Below, piece by piece: positions 28,195-39,730 of a stretch of 64,000 nucleotides of DNA. The DNA lies in NCBI RefSeq assembly GCF_024521635.1, contig NW_026250404.1, positions 1,364,001 through 1,428,000 of the forward strand, in the 5' to 3' direction. The notes beneath the pieces are model-generated. The model searched no databases. It was not told the DNA's origin and saw only the letters and a list, made by a program, of their open reading frames with translations. The translations under genes were made by a program, and so were the position numbers. This DNA is from Tricharina praecox (lineage: Eukaryota). Each line of letters starts with the position of its first letter. Position 1 is the stretch's first letter.

Positions 28195-28668
28195 CTATGA
28201 CCCACGGTACGTGCTGTAGCTCCACCCCGCCAACAACAATGGGATATGGTAATGCTCTCCCGTACTCCTGACCCTAAACGCAATCTCCACGTACGGGAAA
28301 AACGTCTCCTGTGCAGTCCTGGCAAAATACTCCTCGACCTCGAAGCGCATCTTGTATGCCGCGCCTTCCTGGAGAACCAGCGCCTTCCCCGTCTCCGCCG
28401 TGTCCCAGGCGGTGACGCGCCCATCCGAGTTCGTCAGTCCGGTTGCGAGCACCGTAGCTTCCGACGCGATCGCCGGAGAGGTCGTCGATGCGAACACGAG
28501 GAGCGTGCATTTGACGTTTTGTGCGGGCCGCCCGATCGTCGTGTCGAGGATGTGGCAGGTCACTGGGGGTTTGGCGGGAGTAGACATCTGCGAGGTTATT
28601 TGTGAAAGGCGCTGAGCTGTTGTCGGTGTTGTCGAGGAGGAGGACGGTGGTGTTGGTGTTGGTGACAT
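28195..28668 (-). CDS. 5-hydroxyisourate hydrolase (transthyretin-like protein)
   Basis: TCHILDTTIGRPA, TNSDGRV, FFPYVEIAF, HYHIPLLL and the diagnostic C-terminal YRGS. Confidence 0.95.
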   Translation of the reverse strand: MSPTPTPPSSSSTTPTTAQRLSQITSQMSTPAKPPVTCHILDTTIGRPAQNVKCTLLVFASTTSPAIASEATVLATGLTNSDGRVTAWDTAETGKALVLQEGAAYKMRFEVEEYFARTAQETFFPYVEIAFRVRSTGEHYHIPLLLAGWSYSTYRGS

Positions 28669-29255
28669 GGGTATGGAACTGAGCTGTGGTCACTGACGGG
28701 GGTGGAGCTTTAAATGCGGAGCGCGAGCTGAATCACGTGGCGGCGGTTCCCGATACAATGGATCGAGGACTGGAGTGATCCCTCAAAGCGATACGTAAAT
28801 AAGCAGCTGAAGACCTGGTCTATGTATGCGATATCCTTATCTAGTCATCATTCCCGTCCATCGTAACTACAACGGATTCACCGGTCCCCAAATGGGCACA
28901 TTCCAGCTGGAGGCATGAGCTCGAGATCCGGCCATTGCTGGATTCCGAATGGAGTTCGAGCGCGCATGCATGCTCTGACAAGCAGAGAGTTCGCATGTGG
29001 TTATCGGCTGTACTGTGCTCGAGATATTTCTCTGGAGTTGGCAGATGAGGTCACGTCGTGTATCCCAGATCGTTGTGGCTACGTGCGGCTCTCGCACCCC
29101 ACCAAAACCCCCCATTCATTCGCCACGTCACTTGTGCTCCAGCCTCCATTTCATTCAACTCAACTACACAGCAGAAATCCATCCATCCCCCTCGAAGCAC
29201 CGTCCGCAAACCCCACCTACCACGAACGCAACCCCGCCATATCCTCTTCAGCAAA

Positions 29256-30321
29256 ATGTCCGCCATCCACATCGACGCCAACCTCGACCCGCTAGAACCG
29301 TCTCTGCAGCCGATCCTCGACCAGACGTCGCTGCGCTGGATCTTCGTCGGCGGCAAGGGCGGAGTCGGCAAGACGACCACGTCGTGTTCGCTCGCGATCC
29401 AGCTCGCCAAGGTGCGCGAAAGCGTGCTGCTCATCTCCACCGACCCCGCGCACAACCTCTCGGATGCGTTCAACCAGAAGTTCGGCAAGGAGGCGCGGAA
29501 AGTCAATGGCTTCGACAACCTGTCCGCGATGGAGATCGACCCATCTGGGTCGATCCAGGAGCTCCTCGAGAGCGCTGAGGGCGCCAACGCCGGAAACCCC
29601 CTCGGTGGCGTCATGCAGGACATCGCCTTCAGCATTCCCGGAGTCGACGAGGCCATGTCCTTCGCCGAGGTGTTGAAGCAGGTGAAAAACCTGTCCTACC
29701 AGGTCATCATCTTTGACACGGCGCCGACCGGACACACGCTGCGGTTCCTGCAGTTCCCGACGGTGCTGGAGAAGGCGCTGGGGAAGATCAGCGAGCTGAG
29801 CGGACGGTTCGGGCCGATGCTGAACGGCATCCTGGGCTCGCAGGGTGCTCCGCAGATGGAGGAGATGATGTCGAAGATGCAGGGCATGCGCGAGGTCATT
29901 GGCGAGGTTTCAAAGCAGTTCAAGGATACCGAGTTGACAACGTTAGTGCACCGCTCCGAGTGAGGCTCTGTGCTTGCCATATGCTGACGAGTTTACCTGC
30001 AGGTTTGTCTGTGTGATGATTGCCGAGTTCCTGTCACTCTACGAGACAGAGCGCATGATCCAGGAGCTCAACAGCTACGAAATTGATACTCATAGTGTCG
30101 TCGTCAACCAGCTGCTCTTCCCGGCGCAGGGCAGCGCCTGCGACTACTGCAACGCGCGACGGAAGATGCAGAAGAAGTACTTGGGCGAGATCGAACAGCT
30201 CTATGAGGACTTCAACGTCGTCAAGGTTCCTATGCTCACGGAGGAGGTACGAGGAACGGAGAAGCTGAAGAGCTTTTCCGAGATGCTGGTGAAACCTTAC
30301 AATCCACCAGGGGAGCTGTAG
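29256..30321 (+). CDS. GET3: GET3/ArsA-family ATPase (tail-anchored protein insertion), 2 exons
   Basis: [11 protein letters not shown]-loop, [24 protein letters not shown] and CxxC (CDYC); intron 29942-30002. Confidence 0.97.
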
Positions 30322-32592
30322 ATATGGCGCAAGAGAACCGTTAGAGGGGATCGAGAGCGATAGATACGAATCGTATCGTCTGGGTTTCGGAGGGGGGTTT
30401 GTCGAAAAGACCGTGGAATGGGCGTTCACTGCATGCCAATACCGCATGCTTGCCTTTTGCTTTTTTCTTCTGTAGCCGTTTCAAGGTCAATATTGGACCA
30501 CTTCTATCTATTTCCACCGGTGAAGTACCTACTTCATACTACATCATAGTAGTCTGCATTAAAAGCCCTCCTGTTATCTATTCCTCAAAGTCCAGACATC
30601 TTCTCCTACATAGATACGTCTTCCTCGCATCTTCCCTTGCATTTCCCCTCGTCTCGGACTCCCTTCCCAAGACCCTCCCGATGCACACAGCAGTTCGAAG
30701 CCGTCAGCATTCCCCCATCCATACAGCCAAGCAATAAGTGCATACCAAGCCGCGAGTTCAGAGTTCAGACCGCCTCGGTATTTCGGTATCCACTTCGCTC
30801 GACTTGCTTCCAAACTCTTTTTTCCTTGCATTATCCGTCTCCACCGTATGATACCCACATATCATATGTACCTATTGTACATACATGTGAGTATGATACC
30901 GGTATGTATGTAGGAGACAGCGAGCCGCCGGATAACACGGCAAGGCGAGACGAGACGAGACGAGACCTTGTTTCTCGCTTCTGTCTTGCGTCAGTCAGTC
31001 GGTCCGACAGGCGACCTGGGACCCGTCCTGGGCAGCCGGTGGAAAACATAGTTGAATAAGCTCTGACGTTGAATTGGTGACAAGCTTTCTTTTCTTTCTT
31101 TGTGAGCTGCTGGTCATTTTCTCTCTCCACTGTCCAGCCCCCCCTCGTTAGGCCAGCGCGGGCCGAGAAATAGCCCAGACCCGGCTGCTCGGAAGGAAAC
31201 GGCCTCGACAACGACGACGACGACCAGGGGCCTGGGGGATATCTAGCTGCGTAGATCGCACGCCAAGAAAATGCGTCAGAGAGGCCCGTGGAGTCAGCGT
31301 TCTCGCAAAGTTCCCGGTCCAGCACGACTTGGGTTCTTATAGATACTGATCGGGTGCTTAGGTGATTCTTGTTTTGTTGGTGCTTAACCGGATAGGCTGA
31401 GCGCTGTTGTGAAATCCACGCGGCGAGGAGCTTTGCGGGTCCGATTGCTTTGAGGTCCCTGGAACAACACTATGGTAGATACGAAACTCGCGCGGCCATG
31501 TCCGGCCCTGCCAAGCTTCGATAACCTCGAACTACGGCTGAGTATATACCCAGGTATGTATATCCGTGCTGCCCTCTATATATCCTCCATGGTTTTGCAG
31601 GTATGTATATCCGGTGTGCTTGCGCTCGCTCGCTCGCATGCATGGCACATGCCCCCTCCCAATCCCCCCCAACGAAGCGAGAATCAGAGTTCTCGGTTTT
31701 TTCCGAGCCCCCCCCTTATGCAGAAACATATGTGAGAGGAGGAATGTTGATGTGTAAGGAGGGCGGCTCAATTGGTTGGCCTTTCTCCTTTGTTCGTAGT
31801 ATTGGAATTCAATACTGCACGACATCAAGGGGCTCGTCCGTCCGTGAATGGTGCGTACCGTAGTAGGTTTCCCAAGACGGTCGTCCTGCTGCAACAAAGA
31901 CAGCTCATGTATGGGCACGAGGACGTTGGAGCACGGAAAGTATCTCCATAACATGAGACGCAATGTGGTGGTGAGTGTGGTCTGTACATATCATACTTAA
32001 AACTGACAGGCGTGGAGGAGGAGGAGGAGGAAAACACAAAAGGAACTTGGAGTCTTGGACGCATCGCAAGTCTCCGGGTTAGATCCGATCCCCCCCCAGG
32101 ATTTGAGGCATGGGATTGATCTAGTCTGGCCTTGGACTTCCTAGTTGCCGCTGCTGCCGTGCTGCCGGTATGGTACTAGCTTTTTTGCGAACATACAAAA
32201 AGCTCCGAGATCCTGTCTGCGGGCACTTTTGGGTTCTATTATAACCACCCACCTATCCATCCTCTCCGCCGTCATTCCGTATTCTGCATTTGAACTTCAG
32301 TCAACTCAGAAGGATTCGGCTGCCTATTGATTGTTTGCCGGAAATTTTTATCATCCCGGCCCACGCTTGACCTAACTTACTTGCTTGCCGAGCGAGAAGT
32401 TGTGCCCCTGCCGAAATCCGCCACCGTTTCTCCGGTTGATCGGCTATTACGCCATCCTGATCTGGGCCTGTGGGGCCGTTGTGGTGAGTTTCAATTGTTG
32501 ATTTATCACCCGTAGGTTAGAATATATACTGAGCCATAATTATAGAAAGCTTTTGAGCTCAAAGTTATTTTATTCAATACCCACCATCCACC

Positions 32593-34516
32593 ATGGCGTC
32601 AATGCCACTGCCCGCACTCAATCGAGTCCAGTCATCCACAGGGCCCACCTCACCTCTAGCTCGTGTTCCTACATCATCGATACCAGAGATGCCCAATGCA
32701 CCCCCGCCAGCCATGCTGGAGCGTCAACGAACCAACAGCACCTCCAGCCGGGCCTCAGATGATACCGAATGCACCTCATGCTCTGTATCCTGTGGTGATG
32801 CCGTACGAGATGAACAGCCACAGCTCGGCCCCGTGGTCTCACGGCTAGTCGCCGGTCCATCACGCATCATTCCCCGCCTGAAGCGGCGCGGCCTCTTCGC
32901 CACACTCTCTGTCGTCCCCGAAATCGAGGACCCGTTCCAGTACTCGCGGCTAACGAAGAAGATGATCACCTTGGTGGTAGCGATCGCTGCTGCAGCCGCG
33001 CCCATGGCCTCAGCAATCCTGTTCCCGGCGCTGGCCGAGATCTCGACGGAGCTGAATGCGAACCAGACCACGACGAACTTGTCGGTGGCGCTGTACATGC
33101 TCGGCATGGCGATCTTCCCGCTGTGGTGGTCCAGCTTCGCCGAGCGCGTCGGCTACCGCACTATCTTCCTCATCTCGTTCATGCTGTACATAGTCTCGAA
33201 CGTCTGCTGCGCCGTTTCGGTCAACATCGGCATGTTCATTGCGTTCCGCGTGGCGTCGGGGGCGAGTGCCGCCAGTGCTCAGACCATCGGCGCCGGGGTC
33301 ATCAGTAGTGTCTGGGAGGTGCGGGAGCGCGGGAGAGCTATGGGGTACTTTTATCTGGGACCGCTGATGGGACCGCTACTATCGCCGATTATTGGTGGCG
33401 CCCTGACGCAGAAATTTGGGTGGAGGAGTACCATGTGGTTTCTTACCGCGTTTGGTGCGGTGGTCGCCGTCGGGATTATCTTCTTTCTGCCCGAGACGCT
33501 GAGAGAGCCGAAGAATAACCGCCCGCTGCTCTCGGAGAAGCAGATGCTTGAGAAGGGCGATTTGGAGGCGTCCGGTGCGAATGAGGGTGTGAGGGGCCTC
33601 CAGAGAACCCTCAGTAAGGTCTCCACGAAGACCAGGCGTAAGGTGTCGCAGTCCGTCGTCACAATTAAGGTCCTCTTTGTCGATCCCCTACGCAGTCTCT
33701 TGTATCTGCGATTCCCGCCAGTATTGATCACCGTCTACTGGGCATCACTCGCCTTTGGCGCTCTTGTGAGTTCACCCCGCGCTCCCATATTTTACACCAA
33801 CTAACCACCACCACCACCACCACGTAGTACATGCTCAACGTCTCGGTGCAAAAAAACTTCGCGAAGGAGCCGTACAATTTCCAAACCATAATCATCGGGC
33901 TGCTCTACATCCCAAACTCGATCGGCTACGTTCTCGCGTCCGTTCTCGGCGGCTCCTGGAACGACCTAATCATGCGTCGTGCGGCGCTCAACCGACGGGC
34001 GTCATCGGACACGCCCGATTCCGACGAGCCACTGGAGTACCTCCCAGAGGACCGCATGGGAATCAATGCGTACATTGCGGGAATCGTCTTCCCCCTCGCC
34101 CTGCTGTGGTACGGATGGACAGTCCAGAACGGCGTGTTCTGGTTCGTCCCAATGATGGCGACGTTTACGTTCGGATTCGCGAGCATGCTCGTGTTCAGTG
34201 TTGCCACCACCATGCTCACCGAGTTTGTCCCCGGAAGGTCCGCGTCCGCCGTCGCGGTTAATAATTGCAAGCCTTCCCCCCCTCACCCCCCCTTATGTCT
34301 GTCAGCTGCTAACAACCCACTACAGTCGTCCGCAACATCTGCGCGTGCATCGGCGGAATAATCGCGGAGCCAGTGATCCAAGCAATCGGCAACGGCTGGC
34401 TATTCACGATTCTCTGTTTCGTCGGAATCCTGAGTTGCAGCGTGGTATGGGTGATGCAAAAGTACGGGCCCCGGTGGCGGGAGCAGGCGCAGCACGGGGA
34501 GTACAAATTCTTGTAA
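32593..34516 (+). CDS. MFS drug:H+ antiporter (DHA1; Qdr/Dtr1-like), 3 exons
   Basis: Multiple TM helices; WEVRERGRAMGYFYLGPLMGPLLSPIIGG, WRSTMWFL, LPETL and PEDRM. Introns 33766-33827 and GC-AG 34267-34325; the latter restores NNFVRNI..IGNGWLFTI. Confidence 0.93.
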
Positions 34517-34887
34517 TGGCTACCTATACCGTGTGGGAAGGAAGAGGGGGTTTAATTTGTCATGAATGTATGAAGTTTGCTTTGTACATACAATACCTAT
34601 CGGGAGGAGTTTCGGATTTTTTTTGTTTTGTTTTGTCTGGTTTTTGTTTTGCGATGGGGTTCATGGCAGCATTGCGCGGGGAAGGCGTGGGGATGGGTAC
34701 CAAGTACCTAGGTCGGTTTGGTTGGTGGGTTATGATCAACATGAGATGAGGTATCCACTTGTTGAAAAGTTCGCCGTTGCGGGACGAGAGAGGCACAATT
34801 TCGGATGGCGGCTGCGAGTTCTCATACTGCACTCTGCAACCGCAATTGAGATGTACATCCGCGCACCCACCTTGGAGAAGAGTACCT

Positions 34888-35059
34888 AAATCAGCAAATG
34901 GAGGAGAGAGAAAAAACGGCGACGTTGCCGTCTTACCCAGGACGGAAGAACGGCGAGAGAGAGAGAACATCAAATCAGCAAATGGAGGAAAGAGAAAAAA
35001 CGGCGACGTTGCCGTCTTGCCCAGGACGGAAGAACGGCGAGAGAGAGAGAACATCAAAT
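34888..35059. repeat. 84-bp tandem duplication (2 copies)
   Basis: 34888-34971 and 34972-35055 are identical except for two A/G transitions. Confidence 0.92.
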
Positions 35060-35413
35060 TTTTGTCGCATACATTAGACTGGCGACCAGACGGAAGAACG
35101 GCATTTGAAGAATACATAGAGCACCCACCAAAACCCGCGAGTGATCGTCTATGCAGTGGACCGTCATCAGCTGCAGCCTGTATGTGGAATCTGGATGTCA
35201 GCCTTCAGGCGCTTGGGGTAGGGCCGGGATCGGATCGGGTTCGGTTTATAATCTGGCAAGGTTTCCGGCTATGTCGGTACTTACCATGTATGCATACTGT
35301 GAGCGTGGCAACCGGGAGTTTCTTCAACGGCACTGTCGTGCATCTTATCACTCATCTAGCGAGTGACGACCACCCACATAAGCAGTTAATGCAGGACTGT
35401 CCATCCGCTCCAC

Positions 35414-36045
35414 GGCTCGGGAGAAGGATCACTTCAGGATCCGCGACCGCTTCGCTGACAAGCGCTGCAGCGAGGCAATCCTGGAGTTCCTAGCAACAAC
35501 AGATGTAGGGAGAATACCTACCTAGATCTCCTGGTTCAGGAAGAGTTGACTAGCGAGTCTTCGAAGTCCTCGGAGTGCGAGTGGACACAGAGGGAACGCG
35601 AGGAATAACTGGAGAAGATGGGAGCGGAAGACGCTGTCAGGGGCCTGGTACTGGAAGGGGATATGGTGGCGGAGGAGGGGCCTCAGCTTGTACATATTTT
35701 ATCCCATGCCGCCCTTTTAAGTGGCCTCGTCGGACGGGACAGGATAGTGGGAGAGGAAGGAGGGGAAGGAGGGGAAGGAAAGGAAGGATAGGAAGGAGAG
35801 GAAGGATAGGAAGCATAATTTGTTCCAGCTTTTGTGTTTCTTTTATATTTTCTTTACCTTGAGCGCCTCGGCGGAGGGTGGGGCAAGAGCCGACGGGGGC
35901 AAGAGCCGACGGAGGCAAAAGAGGGAGCCATCACGGGCCGCTGCGGACTGTTCGAGGTTGGTTTGGACGATGGACAAGAAAACGGTGTGTATATTTGCCA
36001 TGATCTAGATAAGGTCGCACGCAATTAATTATGAAACAAAAAAAA
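35414..36045 (+). mobile_element. 5'-truncated non-LTR retrotransposon (LINE, Tad1-like) 3' end
   Basis: 35418-35525 encodes REKDHFRIRDRFADKRCSEAILEFLATTDVGRIPT*, resembling fungal LINE ORF2 C-termini. It ends in an A-rich tail (36034-36045) and is flanked by the direct repeat CCATCCGCTCCAC (35401-35413 and 36049-36061). Confidence 0.8.
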
Positions 36046-36080
36046 CGCCCATCCGCTCCACAACCAAACGGAACGACTGC

Positions 36081-38464
36081 CCTGAAGGCCGTACCGTAGT
36101 CTCTTCAAGACGAGTATGGCCATACATCTAACCCTAGATTTTATCCCAATCATCTGCTACATATTTTACCTGTGTGCATACTTTGTACAGCAAGACTGTA
36201 CGCTGTTCGAACATTGATATTCAATTTACTTGAGTAACGTCTGATCTACATCCTATGAAGCTCGTTCCTGGGAGCCAGCCCTCCGGTAGCATCATACTGA
36301 GAAGAACTACATAATAGCTGAGGCCTTGTATCACTGAATACTGTGTATAGACCCCTTGCGGCATCAGTACTTTGCCTTTTCCCATCTCTCCAACCCACTT
36401 CAGTATATATTCATTATTTGATCGCTCCCCACCCCAAAATTGCAGCTGGAATAAGTTGGTCATGATATAAAGCAAGTACCAGGTCAAAACTTATCGCCAC
36501 CCGCCTGTGCGAGACCACCACACCTCACCTGTAAACCTCTCGGACACAACAACTACACAATAGAAAGTAATACCAATTTGCATACAAGATGACTACATAG
36601 ATGAATATGCAGCTTCAACAAAATTTCCTGCCAAAAGAAATCAATATTCTATGTAAAGTTCTGCGGCCAACTTGGTGTAAGCCATCAATTTTGACCAAAA
36701 GCGGTCAAATTTTTTACATATGAGAGGGCTTATGATTTTACGACGTCTATAAAAGACACAATATCTTTCCGCCAGACGAAGGGTTGATTTTAGTCGCGTG
36801 GAAATGGCCATGTTTGGTGTAAAAAGGCCCCCTGGCGATAAATTGTGACCTAGTACTTTATATAGGTCGAATACAGTATGATGAAACAGAAAAAAACCTA
36901 TATACCCAACTTCCCGGTATGCCGGTAACTTTAAAGTTTTACGCCGGCAGACGGTTCGAAAACTCTTGGAAATGACTCGATAGGGCACACCTTGATGTCA
37001 GTGGAATAGAAACCAATATAGGTATGGCGTGTTGAAGCCGACATTTCTTGAGAACAGAGCTTCCAAAGTTCTGAATCTACCGTCACAGCATTCTCATCAA
37101 CCTTTAGCTTAATGATCGATCCGAAGCAGGGCCCGTTTCGAACGGTCCCCCCCATAAGGTACCGCACGAAAGCAGTGCCGTCCGCACTTTTGGCCACTGG
37201 CCGGCATGATCGACGGATCTCCCCCAGAGTCTGAATCCTGATGCCTGAAAAGACCGTTATCCTCCGCAGCCCTAGGGTACAAGTAATGAGGCAAACCAGC
37301 ATTTTATGGTCAATGAGCTCGCAAGAAACACTATCCTAAAATGAGTTCACTCAATTAGTGAATAGAATGAGGTCCAAGATGTCGCATTAACGGAGATGTC
37401 ACTCAATGCAGCATGATGATGAATGCGACAAGATGTAGAATGCGCTGGGTTTTGAGATGGTATTGTTGCAAAATGCGATATTTTGGGTAATCTGCAGTGT
37501 TATCAAATGCGTTACATTGATATGTGGTACTATGGCTTGTCCTCCTATGCCTTCCTCCAGTTGCAACGCAGCGTACCGCCCTCTACCGACCGCAGATAGC
37601 ACACTGTCCTTGCCGCTGTCCTTGCTGTCCTTGCCGCCATCGCCGCTATTCTTGCTGTCCTGCTCTTAGCTGTTGGCCCTTGGCCTTCCCCACTGATACC
37701 GCCGCGGATACCGCGCCAGTCCTTCTTGCCGCGGATTGCACACTGTTGTGGAGGAATGGTGGAGGAGTGGTGGAGGAGCGATCTGTAAGAGGAGGAGCTT
37801 TTAGCGAGAAAAAGAGCTACTAGCGAGAAGGAGGAGTGGTCAGTGAGGAGGAGTGGTCAGTGAGGGGGACTTGTCAGTGGGGAGGACTTATCAGCGAGGC
37901 GGATGTACCAGCGAGGAGGAGTTATCTGCATCCCAAGAGAAGGAGCTATCAGCGAGAGGGAGGAGCTGTCTGCGAGAGGAGGAGGTGCAGTCCCAGGAGG
38001 AGTTGCGGCGGGAGTAGGAGTAGCGGCAGGAGGAGGAGTTGTGATGATGATGAAAAAAGGAAGAAGGAGAAGGAGAAGGAGAAGCAGACAGCTGTGAGAG
38101 CAAACGACCCCGCTAGACCCCCCACCGCTAGTGCTACCCATTCGCTTCCTCTTGCAGATACGTCCTCCTGCTGCTGCCTCCTTCCGCCGACAGCTCTCTC
38201 GCCGGACCCTAATAGTCTTCGGGCCGGCCGGACTATTCTCAGACCTGGCCGTCTGCAAGTCCGTTGTGTGGCGGTAGACGAGAGTAGAGGTTGATCATCT
38301 ATCCTGTAGATGATGGTGATGACTAGGGAGAGAGAGGAGGTGGAGGTTGATCGTGTATTCTGCAGATGATTATTAGAGAGAGAGGGGGGGGGGGGGCGTG
38401 TATTCTGTAAACTGTGATGAATATGATGAGTGAGAGAGATGAGGCCTACCGGACAGCCTTCAGG
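36081..38464. mobile_element. Putative non-autonomous DNA-transposon relic A (19-bp imperfect TIRs)
   Basis: CCTGAAGGCCGTACCGTAG (36081-36099) matches the reverse complement of 38446-38464 at 16/19; no clean TSD and no transposase recognised. Confidence 0.45.
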
Positions 38465-38783
38465 TTCGCTGCCTGCCCGCTGCCTGCCCGCTGCCTGCTG
38501 CTCTAACCACCCACACTAACTACATCCGTTTCCACTCGCCGACCACTCTTATACATACCACAACGCATTCTATGACAATGGCGCATTCATCACCACCGTA
38601 TTCACTATGAGATTCGCATTTACTAACATCACTGCAATCAGCACGGGCGAGTTTGCTGCATTTACTAGCAATAATGCATTTATCACGGTGCGTATCTGTC
38701 ACCTAATGAGGCGCACCTTATTCTGCGACATTTCGGGTGCAGTCAATGAGTGATTCACTCATTCCTTGTACCCTAGGGCAGCG
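37265..38783. mobile_element. Putative non-autonomous DNA-transposon relic B (26-bp TIRs)
   Basis: CGCAGCCCTAGGGTACAAGTAATGAG (37265-37290) matches the reverse complement of 38758-38783 at 24/26, with weaker subterminal similarity (TCACTCA, ATGTCGCA). Confidence 0.6.
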
Positions 38784-39730
38784 ACATCACTGGGTATCCA
38801 CTGGACCGATTCATCGATGAAATTGTCATGCCATCAAGGCCCAACTTGCAGCTCAGCCCCAGCTCAAGTGAGCCTGTCCCACATGCATTTCATATTGTCA
38901 CGATAAGGTGCATCCTTCATCTTCAACTAGGAGTGACCAGAGAACTTGGGCCCGTGTGCGCACGTGCATCAGATGGATTATGGATAGGCCCCCACTGATT
39001 CTGTGAAACCATCAAATGGATGTGCAAACCTGAAACTCAGGAGGTTAGTGGCCCGTGTGACTACATATCTCCTCAGAACGTTCTTCAGGTCTCCCTCAGC
39101 CGCTCCCCTCTGGCAGCCCAAAAGTTTGAGCCTCCCCCACCCACGGTCTATCTGAGATTAGATCTGTGGGCTATATAGATTCAATCTTCATGGTCGAGAC
39201 AGCAGTTGAGCCGTAGATCTACTTTATTCTCAGTTCAGCAGGGCGGAGAAGTAAAGTATGATGTACAGCTGGGTACTTGGCCTTTAGCGAGAATATCTGC
39301 CTACATAGGCGAAGTGCTGTAAGGCGTCTATCCGCGTAGCATTCGGATGTGCTCCCGCTGATCAAACATATCTACATACGCACACTACACTGCAACCTGG
39401 CAGTTAGGTTCAACAAGTAGATCGGAGTCGATGTTCTGGAGAATTGGCCAACGGCGAACCTTGCCTGCAATGGTGTAACCGGCCCAGGACAAACCAATGT
39501 GGTAGGACCGATTGTCACCACCGACTCCACCTAACTCCTATTGGACTTTAGCTGTGAGACTGTGACTGACCACCTCCGCCCAATGCACCTAGTATGTGTT
39601 CTTGGCGGTTACCTAGAGGGTATTTACAAGGCAGCAGCGCTGAAGTTCTGAGCCGCCTTTTTATATTAGGATCCCACAATCCAGTGCATAGTACGTCTTC
39701 AACAGCACAAAGACACTGAACACGAAAACG

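Noticed and set aside
34888..35059. CRISPR-like array
   Set aside because: Two abutting copies with no spacers, in a eukaryotic context.
34759..35493. 244-aa ORF
   Set aside because: TTG start; it spans the 84-bp duplication and the LINE junction, and the LINE-like peptide is in a different frame.
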